A DNA stretch of 29,258 nucleotides from Chlamydiota bacterium (lineage in GTDB: Bacteria; Auribacterota; Tritonobacteria; UBA1439), in assembly GCA_037133055.1 (NCBI GenBank), contig JBAXOY010000026.1, forward strand, positions 1 through 29,258, written 5' to 3'. Both the position numbers and the translations under genes were made by a program. This document shows positions 7,992 to 15,723 of this stretch, piece after piece (the first letter of the stretch is position 1; each line of letters opens with the position of its first letter). The notes beneath the pieces are model-generated. The model saw only the letters and a list, made by a program, of their open reading frames with translations. It ran no database searches and had not been told where the DNA came from.

Positions 7992-8690
7992 ATGCCGGGC
8001 GAGTACATGACGATCAAGGATGCCGCGAAGTTCCTGAACATGAGCGCCGAGGCGGTCAGGCTTCTCGCCGAGAAGGGCATTTCCTCGCGCGACAAGAACG
8101 GGAAGATGATGGTGAAGACGGAGGCGATACGGGACTGGCTCCACAGGGGCATCAGGGACTTCGACCCCGCGCAGCTCAAGATGTTCGAGAAGGACTACCG
8201 CGAACAGGTGACGCGCATCGCGCCCCTCCTGGACCCGAAGTGCATCAAGATGAAACTCGCCGGGGCGGCTAAAACGGGCGTCATCGCCGAGCTCGTCGAC
8301 GTGCTCGTCGAACACGGCGGCGTGGATGCGAAGCACAGGACAAAGATCATGGCGGCCGTCATCGAGCGCGAGCGCATGTGCAGCACCGCCCTCGCGGACG
8401 GCGTGGCGATCCCCCACCCCCGCGAGCCGCTCACGGGGATCATAAAGAAGCCCCGCCTGGTGCTCGGCCTATCCTGGAAGGGGATCGATCTCGAGGCGTT
8501 CGACGGCCAGCTCACGCACGTGGTCGTCCTCCTCTGCACGCCGCGGATCGACATGCATCTGCAGATACTGGCGCGCCTCACCAAGCTCCTGCGCAGCACA
8601 AAGCTGCGGGTGGCCATGTGCCGGGCGAAGGACGAGCAGGCCGCCATCGACGTTTTGGACGCGTACGAAAAGCAGAGCCTGGGCATCTGA
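7992..8690 (+). CDS. PTS EIIA (fructose/nitrogen-regulatory type) with N-terminal excisionase-like HTH
   Basis: N-terminal YMTIKDAAKFLNMSAEAVR; EIIA motif RERMCSTALADGVAIPHPR with the phospho-His; HLQILARL. Confidence 0.88.
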   Translation: MPGEYMTIKDAAKFLNMSAEAVRLLAEKGISSRDKNGKMMVKTEAIRDWLHRGIRDFDPAQLKMFEKDYREQVTRIAPLLDPKCIKMKLAGAAKTGVIAELVDVLVEHGGVDAKHRTKIMAAVIERERMCSTALADGVAIPHPREPLTGIIKKPRLVLGLSWKGIDLEAFDGQLTHVVVLLCTPRIDMHLQILARLTKLLRSTKLRVAMCRAKDEQAAIDVLDAYEKQSLGI

Positions 8691-8804
8691 CGCCCGCGGC
8701 TATTTTCCTCCACCAAGGCACCGACACCCAAATCACCGGGACAACTTATCCGGCGAATTCGGCGTCCGCGGTGGCATTTTTTTTATAAAAATGCAAAATT
8801 TATG

Positions 8805-8833
8805 TTGACATAAAAGTGTCATGGCATTAATAT
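8805..8833 (+). promoter_or_regulatory. Strong sigma70-type promoter for the RHH-ATP-grasp-GNAT-kamA operon
   Basis: TTGACA (8805-8810), 17-nt spacer, TAATAT (8828-8833), within an AT-rich island. Confidence 0.75.
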
Positions 8834-9005
8834 GTTGCAAGATGCGGCATTTTTTTATGCCATGTGCGACATAACTATGTATTTACGTCAATATGTCACA
8901 GGGTAATTTCACGCGCGGGAAGCGCTTCTCCCGCCCTCCGGGGCGAGCGGAGCATGCGGAGAGGGGCACCGCCCGCGCACCAGCAGACGAAAGGCGCGCG
9001 CACGC

Positions 9006-9200
9006 ATGAAGAAGAGAACGACCATCTACATGGATGAGGAGCTTCACAAGAAGGTGCGGATGCTGGCCATCAGGGAGAACACGACGATGGCGAAGATATT
9101 CGTGCACGCCCTGCGGCGCTACCTCGCCGAGATACAGGAAGACCCGCGGCAGGAGAAATTCGCGCAGATACTGGCCGCCCCGGAAAAGGTCATCCGCTGA
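9006..9200 (+). CDS. Ribbon-helix-helix (CopG/Arc/MetJ-like) DNA-binding protein
   Basis: KRTTIYMDEELHKKVRMLAIRENTTMAKIFVHALRRYL is a typical beta-strand plus two-helix RHH pattern. Confidence 0.85.
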   Translation: MKKRTTIYMDEELHKKVRMLAIRENTTMAKIFVHALRRYLAEIQEDPRQEKFAQILAAPEKVIR

Positions 9201-9211
9201 AAGGCCCGGCA

Positions 9212-10234
9212 ATGCGTATCGCGCTCACCTACAACCTCAAGCCGCAGGCATCGCCGGTCCCGCGCCAGGACTACTTCGCCGAGTGGGACGATTCCGCCAC
9301 CATCGACGCGGTTTCGGCGGCGCTCGCGGGCGGGGCGCACGAGGTCGTCAGGGTCGAGGCGGACCGGGACCTCGCGGAGAACCTTAAGGAAGCGAAGCCC
9401 GACATCGTCTTCAACATCGCCGAGGGTATCGATTCCCCGAGCAGGGAGTCGCAGGTTCCCGTCATCTGCGAGATGCTGGGCATCCCCTATACCGGCTCCG
9501 ACGCGTTCACCCTGGCGGCCTGCCTCAACAAGGCGCGCGCCAAGGAGATCATGTCGTACTACCGCATCCCCACGCCGGCGTTCCGGGTCATGGCGTCGCC
9601 GGACGAGCCCCTGAACGGCATGAAATTCCCCGTCATCGTCAAGCCGCTCTGGGAGGGGTCGAGCATGGGCATCCGGGACGACTCCGTCGTGACCGCCCGG
9701 GGGGAGCTCCCCGCGCGCCTCGAGCGGATCCTCGGCGAGTACCGCCAGCCGGCGCTCGTCGAGTCGTTCCTCGGCGGAAGGGAGTTCACCGCGGCGCTCC
9801 TCGGCAACGACGGGGGTATGCGGGTGCTGCCGCTCGTCGAGATTGACTTCGCGACGCTCCCGGAAGGAGCGCACCGCATCTACTCCTGGGAGGCGAAATG
9901 GGTCTGGGACAGGCCCGAGGCGCCGCTGAAGATATTCTCGTGCCCCGCCTCCGTCGACGGCGCGCTGCAGCGCGGCATCGAGGAGGTCTGCAAAAATGCA
10001 TACCGCACGCTCGGGTGCCGGGACTGGTGCCGCATCGACGTGCGCCTGGACGGACGCGGCGCGCCGCACGTGATCGAGCTCAACCCCCTTCCCGGCATCC
10101 TCCCCGATCCGGACGAGAACTCGTGCTTCCCGAAGGCGGCGCGGGCCGCGGGGATGAGCTACGAGGCCCTGGTGCGGGAGGTGCTCGCGATCGCGTGCGC
10201 GCGCTGCGGTGTGGGGAAAGACGGGGCGCGATGA
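9212..10234 (+). CDS. D-Ala-D-Ala ligase-like ATP-grasp enzyme (non-canonical), copy 2
   Basis: Motifs MRIALTYNLK, VFNIAEG, IPYTGSD, NKARAK, IVKPLWEGSSMGI, GREFT, RIDVRLD, IELNPLPG. Confidence 0.88.
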   Translation: MRIALTYNLKPQASPVPRQDYFAEWDDSATIDAVSAALAGGAHEVVRVEADRDLAENLKEAKPDIVFNIAEGIDSPSRESQVPVICEMLGIPYTGSDAFTLAACLNKARAKEIMSYYRIPTPAFRVMASPDEPLNGMKFPVIVKPLWEGSSMGIRDDSVVTARGELPARLERILGEYRQPALVESFLGGREFTAALLGNDGGMRVLPLVEIDFATLPEGAHRIYSWEAKWVWDRPEAPLKIFSCPASVDGALQRGIEEVCKNAYRTLGCRDWCRIDVRLDGRGAPHVIELNPLPGILPDPDENSCFPKAARAAGMSYEALVREVLAIACARCGVGKDGAR

Positions 10235-10716
10235 GCGAGGTGTCCATCCGCCCCGCGACGCCCGACGATCGCGAGGCCATCGCGCGCCTGCTCGCCGGCG
10301 TGGAGGAGTTCAGGGCCGACGAGGCCGCGTGCGCGCTTGAGCTCTTTGACGAATCGTTCGGGGGAGACGGGAGCGACGAGGACTACCACATCCTCTGCGC
10401 GGAGGCCGGGGGGAAGGGGATCATCGGCTTTGTCTGCTGGGGAAAGATCCCCCTGACGCGGGCCGCGTGCGATCTCTACTGGATCGTCACAGACCCGGCC
10501 TTCCGGCGAAGCGGCGTGGGGAAGCGCATGCTGCGGCACCTCGAGGGGGTGCTCCGGGAGAAGGCGCTCACGATCCTCGTCGCGGAGACGTCGTCGCTTT
10601 CCTCGTACGCGCAGGCGCGGGCGTTCTACCTGCAGGAGGGTTTCGCCGAGGAGTCGCACATCAGGGATTTCTACGGGCCCGGCGATGACCGGGTCATCTA
10701 TTGCAAGAGGTTTTGA
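10231..10716 (+). CDS. GNAT-family N-acetyltransferase
   Basis: ATGA overlap with the ligase stop; acetyl-CoA motif A 'DPAFRRSGVGKRML'; 'ARAFYLQEGF'. Confidence 0.88.
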   Translation: MSEVSIRPATPDDREAIARLLAGVEEFRADEAACALELFDESFGGDGSDEDYHILCAEAGGKGIIGFVCWGKIPLTRAACDLYWIVTDPAFRRSGVGKRMLRHLEGVLREKALTILVAETSSLSSYAQARAFYLQEGFAEESHIRDFYGPGDDRVIYCKRF

Positions 10717-10768
10717 GCACGACATTGATCGCTCCCCGCACGGGGGAGTTTCTAGGGAGGAGGCTACG

Positions 10769-11953
10769 TTGCAGCCGCAAGTAAGTGACACGATGTGGAA
10801 AAACGTGCCGGAGACGGACTGGAACAACTGGAAATGGCAGATGCGGAACCGGGTGTGCGCACTCGGCGAGCTCGCGCGCGCGATCACGCTCACCCGCGAC
10901 GAGGAGGCTGGCATTCGGCGCGAGGAGGACCGGCTGCCGATGGCGATCACCCCCCATTTCCTCTCGCTCATCGACCCCGACAACCCCGAGTGCCCCCTGC
11001 GGCGGCAGGTGGTCCCGCGCATCGAGGAGCACTTCCTCTGTTCCCGGGACATGGAAGACCCGTGCGGGGAGGAGAAGGACTCCCCCGTCCCGAGGGTCGT
11101 CCACCGCTACCCGGACCGCGTGCTTCTGATCGCGACCGAGGCATGCGTCTCCTACTGCCGCTACTGCACCCGGAAGCGCATCGTGGGCACCACTCAGCAG
11201 AGCATCAGCCAGGAGGAGCTCGCGCGGGCATGCGAGTACATCGCCGGCAACAGGAAGATACGCGACGTGCTGGTCTCGGGCGGCGACCCTCTCGTCTTCT
11301 GCGACGACCGGCTGGAGGGGATCCTCAAGGCGCTCCGCGCGATCAGGCACGTGGAGGTCATCCGCATCGGGACGCGCGCCCCGGTATTCCTCCCGCAGCG
11401 CGTCACGCCGGAGCTCACCGCGATGCTCAGAAAGTACCACCCGCTCTACCTGAGCATCCACTTCTCGCACCCGCGCGAGCTGACGCCCGCGACCGCGCGC
11501 GCGTGCGAGATGCTCTCCGACGCCGGGATCCCGCTCGGGAGCCAGACCGTCATCCTCAAGGGGGTCAACGACAACCCGTCGACGGTCAAGAAGCTCATGC
11601 ACGACCTGCTGCGGGCGCGCGTCAGGCCGTACTACCTCTACCAGTGCGACCTCGCGGTCGGCACCGAGCATTTCCGCACGCCGATCTCGACCGGCATCAA
11701 CATCATCGAGAAGCTGCGCGGCCACACCTCCGGCTACGCGGTCCCGACCTTCGTCATCGACGCCCCAGGGGGCGGCGGGAAGATCCCCCTCGGCCCGAGC
11801 TACTTCATCTCCCTCGTCGAGGGGCGGGTGGTGCTCAGGAACTACGAGGGGAAAATCTTCGAGTACCCCGAGCCGATGGACGCGCGGAGCCTGAGGCTCA
11901 AGCTCAGGAAAGAGGAGATGCCGGAAAAGGCGCTCCCCATCCTCGTGACCTGA
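10769..11953 (+). CDS. kamA: Lysine 2,3-aminomutase (KamA-family radical SAM, PLP)
   Basis: Motifs HRYPDRVL, CVSYCRYCTRKR (CxxxCxxC), SGGDP, RIGTR, YYLYQCD, VIDAPGGGGKIP (PLP Lys). TTG start at 10769 after GGAGGAGG; ATG 10793 is an alternative. Confidence 0.92.
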   Translation: MQPQVSDTMWKNVPETDWNNWKWQMRNRVCALGELARAITLTRDEEAGIRREEDRLPMAITPHFLSLIDPDNPECPLRRQVVPRIEEHFLCSRDMEDPCGEEKDSPVPRVVHRYPDRVLLIATEACVSYCRYCTRKRIVGTTQQSISQEELARACEYIAGNRKIRDVLVSGGDPLVFCDDRLEGILKALRAIRHVEVIRIGTRAPVFLPQRVTPELTAMLRKYHPLYLSIHFSHPRELTPATARACEMLSDAGIPLGSQTVILKGVNDNPSTVKKLMHDLLRARVRPYYLYQCDLAVGTEHFRTPISTGINIIEKLRGHTSGYAVPTFVIDAPGGGGKIPLGPSYFISLVEGRVVLRNYEGKIFEYPEPMDARSLRLKLRKEEMPEKALPILVT

Positions 11954-11983
11954 CGGCGGTAAAAAATAGTTGCGGATTGTCCC

Positions 11984-12012
11984 TTGACAATCCCGGGGCG
12001 CCATAGTACCTT
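11984..12012 (+). promoter_or_regulatory. Sigma70-type promoter
   Basis: TTGACA (11984-11989), 17-nt spacer, TACCTT (12007-12012). Confidence 0.6.
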
Positions 12013-12074
12013 ATGTGTCAGGGTTGGGGTGCATGTTCAGGATCTTTGTGCATCGATGTGGAAGGAGGTGCCTG

Positions 12075-12551
12075 TTGAAGAAGTGTGTGGCGGCTGTTCT
12101 TGTGATGACCTGCGGTTCGCTGTGCGGCATCGCGCCGGTGCTGGCTGATCAGGGCGCGATGCCCCCCGCTCCGGCGCAGGAGACGCTCGCGGCCCCCGCC
12201 GCCGCGCCCTCCAACACGGGGTCGGCGAAGGGCGATTTGGACCCGATGTGGGTCGGCGCAATGTCGGCCGTGATCCCCTGCACCGGTCAGTGGTACAACG
12301 GCGAGCTCATGACGTGGAAGACCGCCGCGATGGCGGCGATCGAGGCCGGCTCCATATTCGTACTTGCTTTTTTCGCGGCAGGGGGCGCGGGAGACGGCGC
12401 CAAGATGGTGTGCATGGCCGGCGCGGGCGGCATGATCGCCAACCACGCGTGGAGCGGATGGGACGCCTGGAACGTCGCGAAGAAGAACAAGGGCCTCGCC
12501 CTCAACATGGTCAAGGACAAGGTGATGGTGAGCTACAACGTCCCCTTCTGA
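12075..12551 (+). CDS. Secreted/membrane protein, P13/DUF5683-like
   Basis: TTG start after AAGGAGG; signal peptide; 'MSAVIPCTGQWYNG', hydrophobic helices, 'WSGWDAW'; C-terminal VSYNVPF ending in Phe. Confidence 0.6.
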   Translation: MKKCVAAVLVMTCGSLCGIAPVLADQGAMPPAPAQETLAAPAAAPSNTGSAKGDLDPMWVGAMSAVIPCTGQWYNGELMTWKTAAMAAIEAGSIFVLAFFAAGGAGDGAKMVCMAGAGGMIANHAWSGWDAWNVAKKNKGLALNMVKDKVMVSYNVPF

Positions 12552-12578
12552 CGCGCAGCCTCGCCGCATGGATGTACG

Positions 12579-12611
12579 CCCCCGGGCCGAAAGGCCCGGG
12601 GGTTTTGTTTT
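12579..12611 (+). terminator. Rho-independent terminator
   Basis: Perfect 10-bp stem CCCCCGGGCC-GAAA-GGCCCGGGGG followed by TTTTGTTTT. Confidence 0.9.
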
Positions 12612-12685
12612 GCCCCACGAGCCGATTGCAGCCCGGGCGGTATTATGGTATCTATGGGGGAAACCGGCGGGAGCCAGTGACGGCC

Positions 12686-13432
12686 ATGCGGTTCATCTCC
12701 GAGCTCGGCGCGATCGCCCTCTTCGGTGCGAGGACCCTTCTCTGGGCCCTGCGCCCCCCCTACTTCTTCAGGGAGACGTTCAGTCAGATGGCCCTCACGG
12801 GCGAGCGCTGCCTCCTGCCCGTGATTGCGGTCGTCGCCCCGTTCGGCATGGTCATCACGCTCCAGGGGCTCGCGATCGTGCACCTCTTCGGCGTCGAGCG
12901 GATGCTCGGCAGCATCCTCGTCGTGTCCCTCCTCCGCGAGCTCTCGCCCGGCCTCACCGGCATCATGATGGCCGCGCAGGCCGGGAGCACCGCCGCGGCG
13001 GAGCTCGGCGCCATGCGCCTCAAGGAGGAGACGGACGCCCTCTCAGTAATGGGCGTGAACCCGCTTCAGTACCTCGTCGCGCCCCGCCTCGTCGCGATCA
13101 CCCTCATGTGCCCGATCGTCAACGCGATCGCCTGCTCGAGCGGCATCGCAAGCGGCTACGTGGCGGCCGTGCTGTTCAAGGGGGTGAACCGGGGGGCGTT
13201 CATGGCGAACCTCTACGGCTTCGTGCGCGCCGTCGATATCTGGGGGGGGATCGTGAAGACGCTCGTCTTCGGTTTCATCATCGGGCTCGTGAGCTGCTAC
13301 TACGGGTACACCGCCACGGGCGGCGCGGAGGGAGTCGGGAAGGCCGCGAACGACGCCGTCGTGCGGTCGATCATCACGTTCCTCGGGGTGAACTACTTCC
13401 TGACGTCGGCGCTGTTCGCGGTGGGGAGATGA
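12686..13432 (+). CDS. mlaE: MlaE/YrbE-family ABC permease (copy A)
   Basis: Motifs LLRELSPGLTG, AGSTAAAELGAMR, DALSVMGVNPLQYLVAPR, GGAEGVGKA. Confidence 0.92.
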   Translation: MRFISELGAIALFGARTLLWALRPPYFFRETFSQMALTGERCLLPVIAVVAPFGMVITLQGLAIVHLFGVERMLGSILVVSLLRELSPGLTGIMMAAQAGSTAAAELGAMRLKEETDALSVMGVNPLQYLVAPRLVAITLMCPIVNAIACSSGIASGYVAAVLFKGVNRGAFMANLYGFVRAVDIWGGIVKTLVFGFIIGLVSCYYGYTATGGAEGVGKAANDAVVRSIITFLGVNYFLTSALFAVGR

Positions 13433-14211
13433 GCGACATCATGGCGTCCGGACCGACCGGGCACACGATCTTCGCCCTCGCCCTCGCCCGCATCGGGCGA
13501 TGGGGGATATTCAGCGCGCGCGCCGCGCGCCTGACCGTCACCGCGCCGCCGCGCGCGGCGTGGGTGATCGAGGAGGCCTTCCGCATCGGCGTCGGCTCCC
13601 TCTTCATCGTCTGCGCCATCTCCTTCTTCATCGGGAGCACCATCGCGCTCCAGGGCTACTACGCCTTCAGGGAATTCGGCGGGGAGGGGCTCGTCGGGAT
13701 TTTCGTCACGCTCGCCTGCGTGCGGGAGATGGGGCCGATCGTCGCGGGCTCGATGGTGGCGGCGAAGGCGGGGACGGCGATGGCCGCCTCGATCGCCGCC
13801 ATGCGCGTCAAGGGACAGATCGACGCGCTGGAGGTGATGGCGGTCAACCCGTACCGCGCCCTCGTGGCCCCGCGTCTCATCGCGGCCCTCATCGCCCTGC
13901 CGCTCCTCGTCGTCTTCGCCGATTTCTTCACCGTGCTGGCGGGCTACCTCGTCGCGGTCCACCAGCTCGGGGTGAACCCCGGCACGTTTCTGGAGAACGT
14001 GCGGAGCTACACCGGGATGACCGATGTGCTGTACGGCATGGTGAAGGGGGCGTTCTTCGCCGTGATGATCTGCACCTTGAGCTGCTACCAGGGCTTCTAC
14101 TCCGAACCCGGGCCCGAGGGGGTGGGGAGGGCGACGAATCGCGCCGTGGTGAGCGTGTGCGTGGTGTGCATTATCCTGAACTATATCCTGAGCGAGATCA
14201 TGTACGGGTGA
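13429..14211 (+). CDS. mlaE: MlaE/YrbE-family ABC permease (copy B)
   Basis: ATGA overlap; motifs VREMGP, QIDALEVMAVNP...LVAPR, GPEGVGRATNRAVV. Confidence 0.92.
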   Translation: MSDIMASGPTGHTIFALALARIGRWGIFSARAARLTVTAPPRAAWVIEEAFRIGVGSLFIVCAISFFIGSTIALQGYYAFREFGGEGLVGIFVTLACVREMGPIVAGSMVAAKAGTAMAASIAAMRVKGQIDALEVMAVNPYRALVAPRLIAALIALPLLVVFADFFTVLAGYLVAVHQLGVNPGTFLENVRSYTGMTDVLYGMVKGAFFAVMICTLSCYQGFYSEPGPEGVGRATNRAVVSVCVVCIILNYILSEIMYG

Positions 14212-14234
14212 GGCACGTGCGTCTATGTGAGGCC

Positions 14235-14969
14235 ATGATCGAGTATATCAAGGTATCCAAATCGTTTGACTCGCTGCGAGTCCTCGATGACGTTTCCTGC
14301 ACGATCCCGGACTCGAAGATCACCGTCTTCATCGGCCCGAGCGGGGTCGGGAAAAGCGTGCTCATGAAAATGATCGTGGGGCTCGAGAAGCCCGATTCGG
14401 GCGCGGTCCGCGTCGGCGGCGAGGACATCGCGGCCCTGGACGAGCGGGGCCTCTACCGCCTCAGGCGGAAGATGGGGATGCTCTTCCAGGACGGCGCCCT
14501 CTTCGACTCGATGACGGCCGGGGAGAACGTCGCCTTCCCCATGCGGCGGCACACCCGCATGACCGAGCGGGAGATCGGGCGCCGCGTCGCGGAAAAGCTC
14601 TCGCTCGTCGGGATGCCGGGCTGCGAGGAGAAGTACCCGGCGGAGCTCTCCGGCGGGATGCGGAAGCGCGTCGGGCTCGCCCGCGCGATCGCCCTCGAAC
14701 CGGAGATCGTCCTCTTCGACGAGCCGACCTCCGGCCTCGACCCGCTCATGGCGGACGCAATCGACGACCTGATCCTCGACATGCAGCGGAAGCTCGGGTG
14801 CACCTTCGTGGTGAACAGCCACGACATCCCCGGCACGTTCAAGATCGCGGACACCATCGGGGTCCTCTACGACGCGCGACTGATCGCCTGCGGGGAGCGG
14901 AGGGAGATCATGCGGTCGCGCGACCCGGCGCTGGTGAGGTTTTTCGCTCGGCACCGGGGGGAGCAATAA
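14235..14969 (+). CDS. mlaF: MlaF/Mkl-family ABC ATPase
   Basis: Walker A GPSGVGKS, LFQDGALFDSM, signature LSGGMRKRVGLARA, Walker B LFDEPTSGLDP. Confidence 0.93.
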   Translation: MIEYIKVSKSFDSLRVLDDVSCTIPDSKITVFIGPSGVGKSVLMKMIVGLEKPDSGAVRVGGEDIAALDERGLYRLRRKMGMLFQDGALFDSMTAGENVAFPMRRHTRMTEREIGRRVAEKLSLVGMPGCEEKYPAELSGGMRKRVGLARAIALEPEIVLFDEPTSGLDPLMADAIDDLILDMQRKLGCTFVVNSHDIPGTFKIADTIGVLYDARLIACGERREIMRSRDPALVRFFARHRGEQ

Positions 14970-14970
14970 A

Positions 14971-15074
14971 GAAGGTGTGAAGAGTGCGAAGGGTATGAAG
15001 AGTGTGAACGAGACGCGGCGTAGGGGCGTGTGATGTGTCCCATGGGTCCCATAGGACCTATGGGGCCTATAGGA
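14971..15074. repeat. Two adjacent 9-bp-period tandem repeats between mlaF and mlaD
   Basis: tgaagagtg/cgaagggta/tgaagagtg/tgaa (from 14978), and gtcccatgg/gtcccatag/gacctatgg/ggcctatag (15037-15072), which is near-palindromic. Confidence 0.8.
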
Positions 15075-15110
15075 AAAAAAACAACAGCACCAGGACAATA
15101 GGAGGCACCC

Positions 15111-15722
15111 ATGCGCACACGATTCCGGTACGAGGTCTCGGTCGGGCTCTTCGTCGTCGCCGCGGCGCTGATCCTCGGCTACATCTCCCTGAAGATCTCG
15201 AGGGCAGGAGTGCGGGACGGCATCGACATCTCGCTCCTCTTCGCCCACGCCTGCGGCCTCGTAAAGGACTCGCCCGTGGCGGTCTCGGGGGTGGAGGTGG
15301 GCCACGTCACGGGGCTCGACCTCCGCGAGGGGAGGGCGCTCGTGCGCGCGCGCGTGAGCGCGTCCGCCGGGCTCAGAAAGGACCTCCGCGCCACCATCCG
15401 CTCAAAGAGCCTCCTCGGGGAGCCGTACCTCGAGCTCATCCCGTCGGGCGCGGCGGCCCCGCTCCTCCGGGACGGCGACCTCGTCACCGCCACCGCCACG
15501 CCGGTCCAGATCGACCAGATGGTCTCGTGGCTCGGCCGCCTCCTCGAGCGGATCGAGCCGGAGGATGCCGCGCGGTTCCTGAACGCCCTCTCGCAGGACC
15601 CCGAGGCGGCCCGCCGCATCGTGAAGAACGCCGACGCGCTGCTCGCGCGGCTCTCCGCCATGGACGCGGAGGCGCTGAGGAAGTTCGTGCAGGAACTGAG
15701 GATTCGGGCGAGGCTCTTCTGA
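15111..15722 (+). CDS. mlaD: MlaD/MCE-domain protein
   Basis: N-terminal TM 'EVSVGLFVVAAALILGY'; MCE motifs GLVKDSPVAVSGVEVGHV and SLLGEPYLEL; AGGAGG SD. Confidence 0.92.
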   Translation: MRTRFRYEVSVGLFVVAAALILGYISLKISRAGVRDGIDISLLFAHACGLVKDSPVAVSGVEVGHVTGLDLREGRALVRARVSASAGLRKDLRATIRSKSLLGEPYLELIPSGAAAPLLRDGDLVTATATPVQIDQMVSWLGRLLERIEPEDAARFLNALSQDPEAARRIVKNADALLARLSAMDAEALRKFVQELRIRARLF

Positions 15723-15723
15723 A

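Noticed and set aside
8711..8745. CACC-rich quasi-repeat after the PTS IIA gene, and gcccgtgg/gcccgtag at 25709-25724
   Set aside because: Too short and degenerate to count as members of the repeat-spacer family.
8840..9005. GC-rich leader before the RHH gene as a possible lysine or other riboswitch
   Set aside because: It can form stems, but I could not match any riboswitch consensus; an Infernal/Rfam scan would be needed.
9006..10716. RHH plus GNAT as a type II toxin-antitoxin pair
   Set aside because: The genes are separated by the ATP-grasp gene, and the GNAT is translationally coupled to that ligase within a metabolic operon.
10769..11953. KamA as EpmB (EF-P modification) or glutamate 2,3-aminomutase
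   Set aside because: Its length and the retained YQCD/VIDAPGGGGK motifs fit lysine 2,3-aminomutase; no efp or epmA is nearby.
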